This document shows positions 16,783 through 18,497 of a stretch of 18,497 nt of DNA, piece after piece. The notes under the pieces were generated by a model, which saw only the letters and a program-made list of their open reading frames with translations, ran no database searches and had not been told where the DNA came from. The position numbers and the translations under genes are program-made. Each line of letters starts with the position of its first letter. The stretch's first letter is position 1. Origin of the DNA: Candidatus Thorarchaeota archaeon (GTDB lineage: Archaea; Asgardarchaeota; Thorarchaeia; Thorarchaeales; Thorarchaeaceae); the NCBI GenBank assembly GCA_029858305.1, contig JAOUFI010000043.1, positions 1-18,497 on the forward strand. The letters run 5' to 3'.

Positions 16783-17448
16783 ATGGAGAAAGTTGTAACA
16801 GTTCTTATCCGTGTATACAATAATTCTGATACCGTAAAAAGGGCAATTGAGAGTGTTATCCAACAGACAATAGATTCGAATATAATGAATATACTTGTGG
16901 TTGATGATGGATCAAAAGATGATTCGCTTGAAATAGTAAAATCTTTTAAAAACGTGGAAATCATTCAGACAGATCATAAAGGCTCTATCTCTGCATTGAA
17001 TATTGGCCTGAAACATGTTACAACTCCTTATGTCATAATGCTTGACTCTGATGATTGGTTTGAAAATTCCACATTAGAGAAGATGCTTTTTGAATTTCAG
17101 AATAATCCTGAAATTGACTTTGTGTACAGTGATTACTTCGAGATTCTAAATGAAACGAGAAAGATTGTATCGATAGGAAACAACCTTTTCAACACTCTTG
17201 CAGCAGGCATCATGTTTTCAATGGCATTGTTCAAAACACATGGATATTATGACGAGAACTTACTATTCTCTGAATATGATTTACTCATTCGTATACTTCC
17301 AACAGCTAAAGGGAAATATTTACCACTCCCATTATATAATTACTACAGGAGGAAAGATAGCGTATCGGCTGGTCAGTCATTTTTCAAGCGAGGTACCAAG
17401 GAGTTATTTGAAAAATATGGGCAATACTTCCCGATTCGTGAATATTAG
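16783..17448 (+). CDS. Glycosyltransferase family 2 (GT-A)
   Basis: VTVLIRVYN, VVDDGSKD, ALNIGL, LDSDD (DXD) and VYSDY. GGAG SD favours ATG 16783 (ORF track start is GTG 16771). Confidence 0.9.
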   Translation: MEKVVTVLIRVYNNSDTVKRAIESVIQQTIDSNIMNILVVDDGSKDDSLEIVKSFKNVEIIQTDHKGSISALNIGLKHVTTPYVIMLDSDDWFENSTLEKMLFEFQNNPEIDFVYSDYFEILNETRKIVSIGNNLFNTLAAGIMFSMALFKTHGYYDENLLFSEYDLLIRILPTAKGKYLPLPLYNYYRRKDSVSAGQSFFKRGTKELFEKYGQYFPIREY

Positions 17449-17450
17449 AG

Positions 17451-17963
17451 GTGCGATTATTGGAAGATGTACTACTTGAAAGCGGGCCTATCCAACTACG
17501 TCCTGCTACAATACACGATTTAGAACTATTAATGGCATGGAGATCGCATCCCGAAGTATATCGCCATTTTTCTGTTCAAAATCGACCTCTTCACTGGGAT
17601 GAGCATTATAAATTTTGGACTACGAGAAAAAATAGGCTTGACTGGATTATCTATTATACAGATGATACTGGAACACGAAAGGTCGGGAGTGTTAATATAA
17701 CGCACCTATCAGATGAAGTTCCAGAGATTGGTGTATTTATTGGTGAGGTAACGTTGATGGGTCGAGGTATCGGAAAACAGTCTGTCAAAATGGCATTAAA
17801 CTGGCTTAGATCAAATGGTTATAGTAGGGTTCTTGCGCACATATCTAAGGCCAACAATCGCTCTCAAAGACTATTTGCTTCATTAGGATTCATACAATGC
17901 AAAGATGCGCAGAATGGTGGAGATTTGTTATTTGAAAAGATACTAGATGAATCTGGTAAATAG
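17451..17963 (+). CDS. GNAT N-acetyltransferase, PseH/RimJ-like
   Basis: LMAWRSHPEV...WDEH..FW, acetyl-CoA motif MGRGIG and N.RS..LF..LGF. The true start may be TTG 17460 after GAGGTG. Confidence 0.82.
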   Translation: MRLLEDVLLESGPIQLRPATIHDLELLMAWRSHPEVYRHFSVQNRPLHWDEHYKFWTTRKNRLDWIIYYTDDTGTRKVGSVNITHLSDEVPEIGVFIGEVTLMGRGIGKQSVKMALNWLRSNGYSRVLAHISKANNRSQRLFASLGFIQCKDAQNGGDLLFEKILDESGK

Positions 17964-17973
17964 ATGCTCTTAC

Positions 17974-18495
17974 CTACTGAATTATTTCGCGGAATGATTG
18001 TAGTACATATTCAATGTCCCCATCAGTAAGTGATGGATACATCGGTATAGAAATAATCCTCTCGTAGAATCTTTCCGTATTAGGAAGATACAAGTCTCTA
18101 AAACCTGCTTCTCTATAGAACGGATGCCAGTAAATTGGGATATAGTGAACTTGACAATAAATCCCTCGATTTTGAAGGGCATCGAAAACATCTCTTCTTT
18201 TCTTTGAGTCACGAAGTTTAATTACATAAAGGTGATAGGAGTGCTTTTCTTCTTCATGTTCTGGAATCAACTCCACTTCATCGGGAAATGATTCAAAGAA
18301 ATCCGAATACACTTTGGCTATTTCACGGCGCCTTTTCACAATCTGGTCTATTCTTGATAGCTGACTTAATCCTAGAGCAGCTTGGATGTCGGTCAATCTA
18401 TAGTTATATCCAAGATAGTGCATTTCATGATACCAAGGATCACTAATAGCGTATTTGAATTCTGAAGGATTTTTCGTAAGGCCGTGTGACCGTAG
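17974..18495 (-). CDS. pseC: DegT/DnrJ/EryC1/StrS aminotransferase, PseC-like; C-terminal part only (gene starts beyond the window)
   Basis: The frame is open to the window edge: LRSHGLTK...PWYHEMHYLGYNYRLTDIQAALGLSQL...HLYVI...QVHYIP...SIPMYP. Confidence 0.85.
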   Translation of the reverse strand, partial: LRSHGLTKNPSEFKYAISDPWYHEMHYLGYNYRLTDIQAALGLSQLSRIDQIVKRRREIAKVYSDFFESFPDEVELIPEHEEEKHSYHLYVIKLRDSKKRRDVFDALQNRGIYCQVHYIPIYWHPFYREAGFRDLYLPNTERFYERIISIPMYPSLTDGDIEYVLQSFREIIQ

Positions 18496-18497
18496 CA

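Noticed and set aside
540-18212. Short alternative-frame or antisense ORFs (e.g. 540-782, 4267-4632, 7869-8204, 10450-10755, 15457-15672, 17198-17479)
   Set aside because: They overlap well-supported genes, have no recognisable motifs or SD, and show shadow-ORF composition.
16737-18475. Perfect 14-bp inverted repeat GAAAAATCCTTCAG (16737-16750) / CTGAAGGATTTTTC (18462-18475)
   Set aside because: About one 14-mer match is expected by chance in an AT-rich 18.5 kb window. One copy lies inside the pseC coding sequence, and no recombinase or transposase is present.
1-18497. CRISPR arrays, tRNA/rRNA genes, IS elements or integrases
   Set aside because: No regularly spaced repeats, cloverleaf-compatible segments or transposase/integrase motifs were seen, and the intergenic gaps are short.

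Overview
Archaeal genomic DNA, most likely an Asgard archaeon (Thorarchaeia-like; inferred from protein content, not proven). It is densely coding, with clear Shine-Dalgarno motifs and many TTG/GTG starts. The left part (1-10.6 kb) is core-like. It encodes a 5'-truncated Nre DNA-repair protein with a C-terminal PIP box, a membrane-anchored surface glycoprotein, a TadB/TadC/ArlJ-type pilus platform protein, two unusual predicted regulators (RHH+V4R and AbrB+ACT-like), a stand-alone desulforedoxin, and an RNA polymerase subunit Rpo5/RPB5 that carries the eukaryote-type N-terminal jaw domain. A minus-strand run encodes TatD, an HD hydrolase, a CinA-like protein and a polyprenol kinase. The right part (10.7-18.5 kb) is a sugar-modification locus: a HisH/HisF-like/amidotransferase acetamidino cassette, a second amidotransferase, a pseudaminic-acid-associated methylase, GT2, a PseH-like GNAT and a partial PseC-like aminotransferase. 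This locus is interrupted by two coupled genes that together encode three copies of an uncharacterised 2-TM domain. No rRNA, tRNA, CRISPR array or mobile element was recognised.
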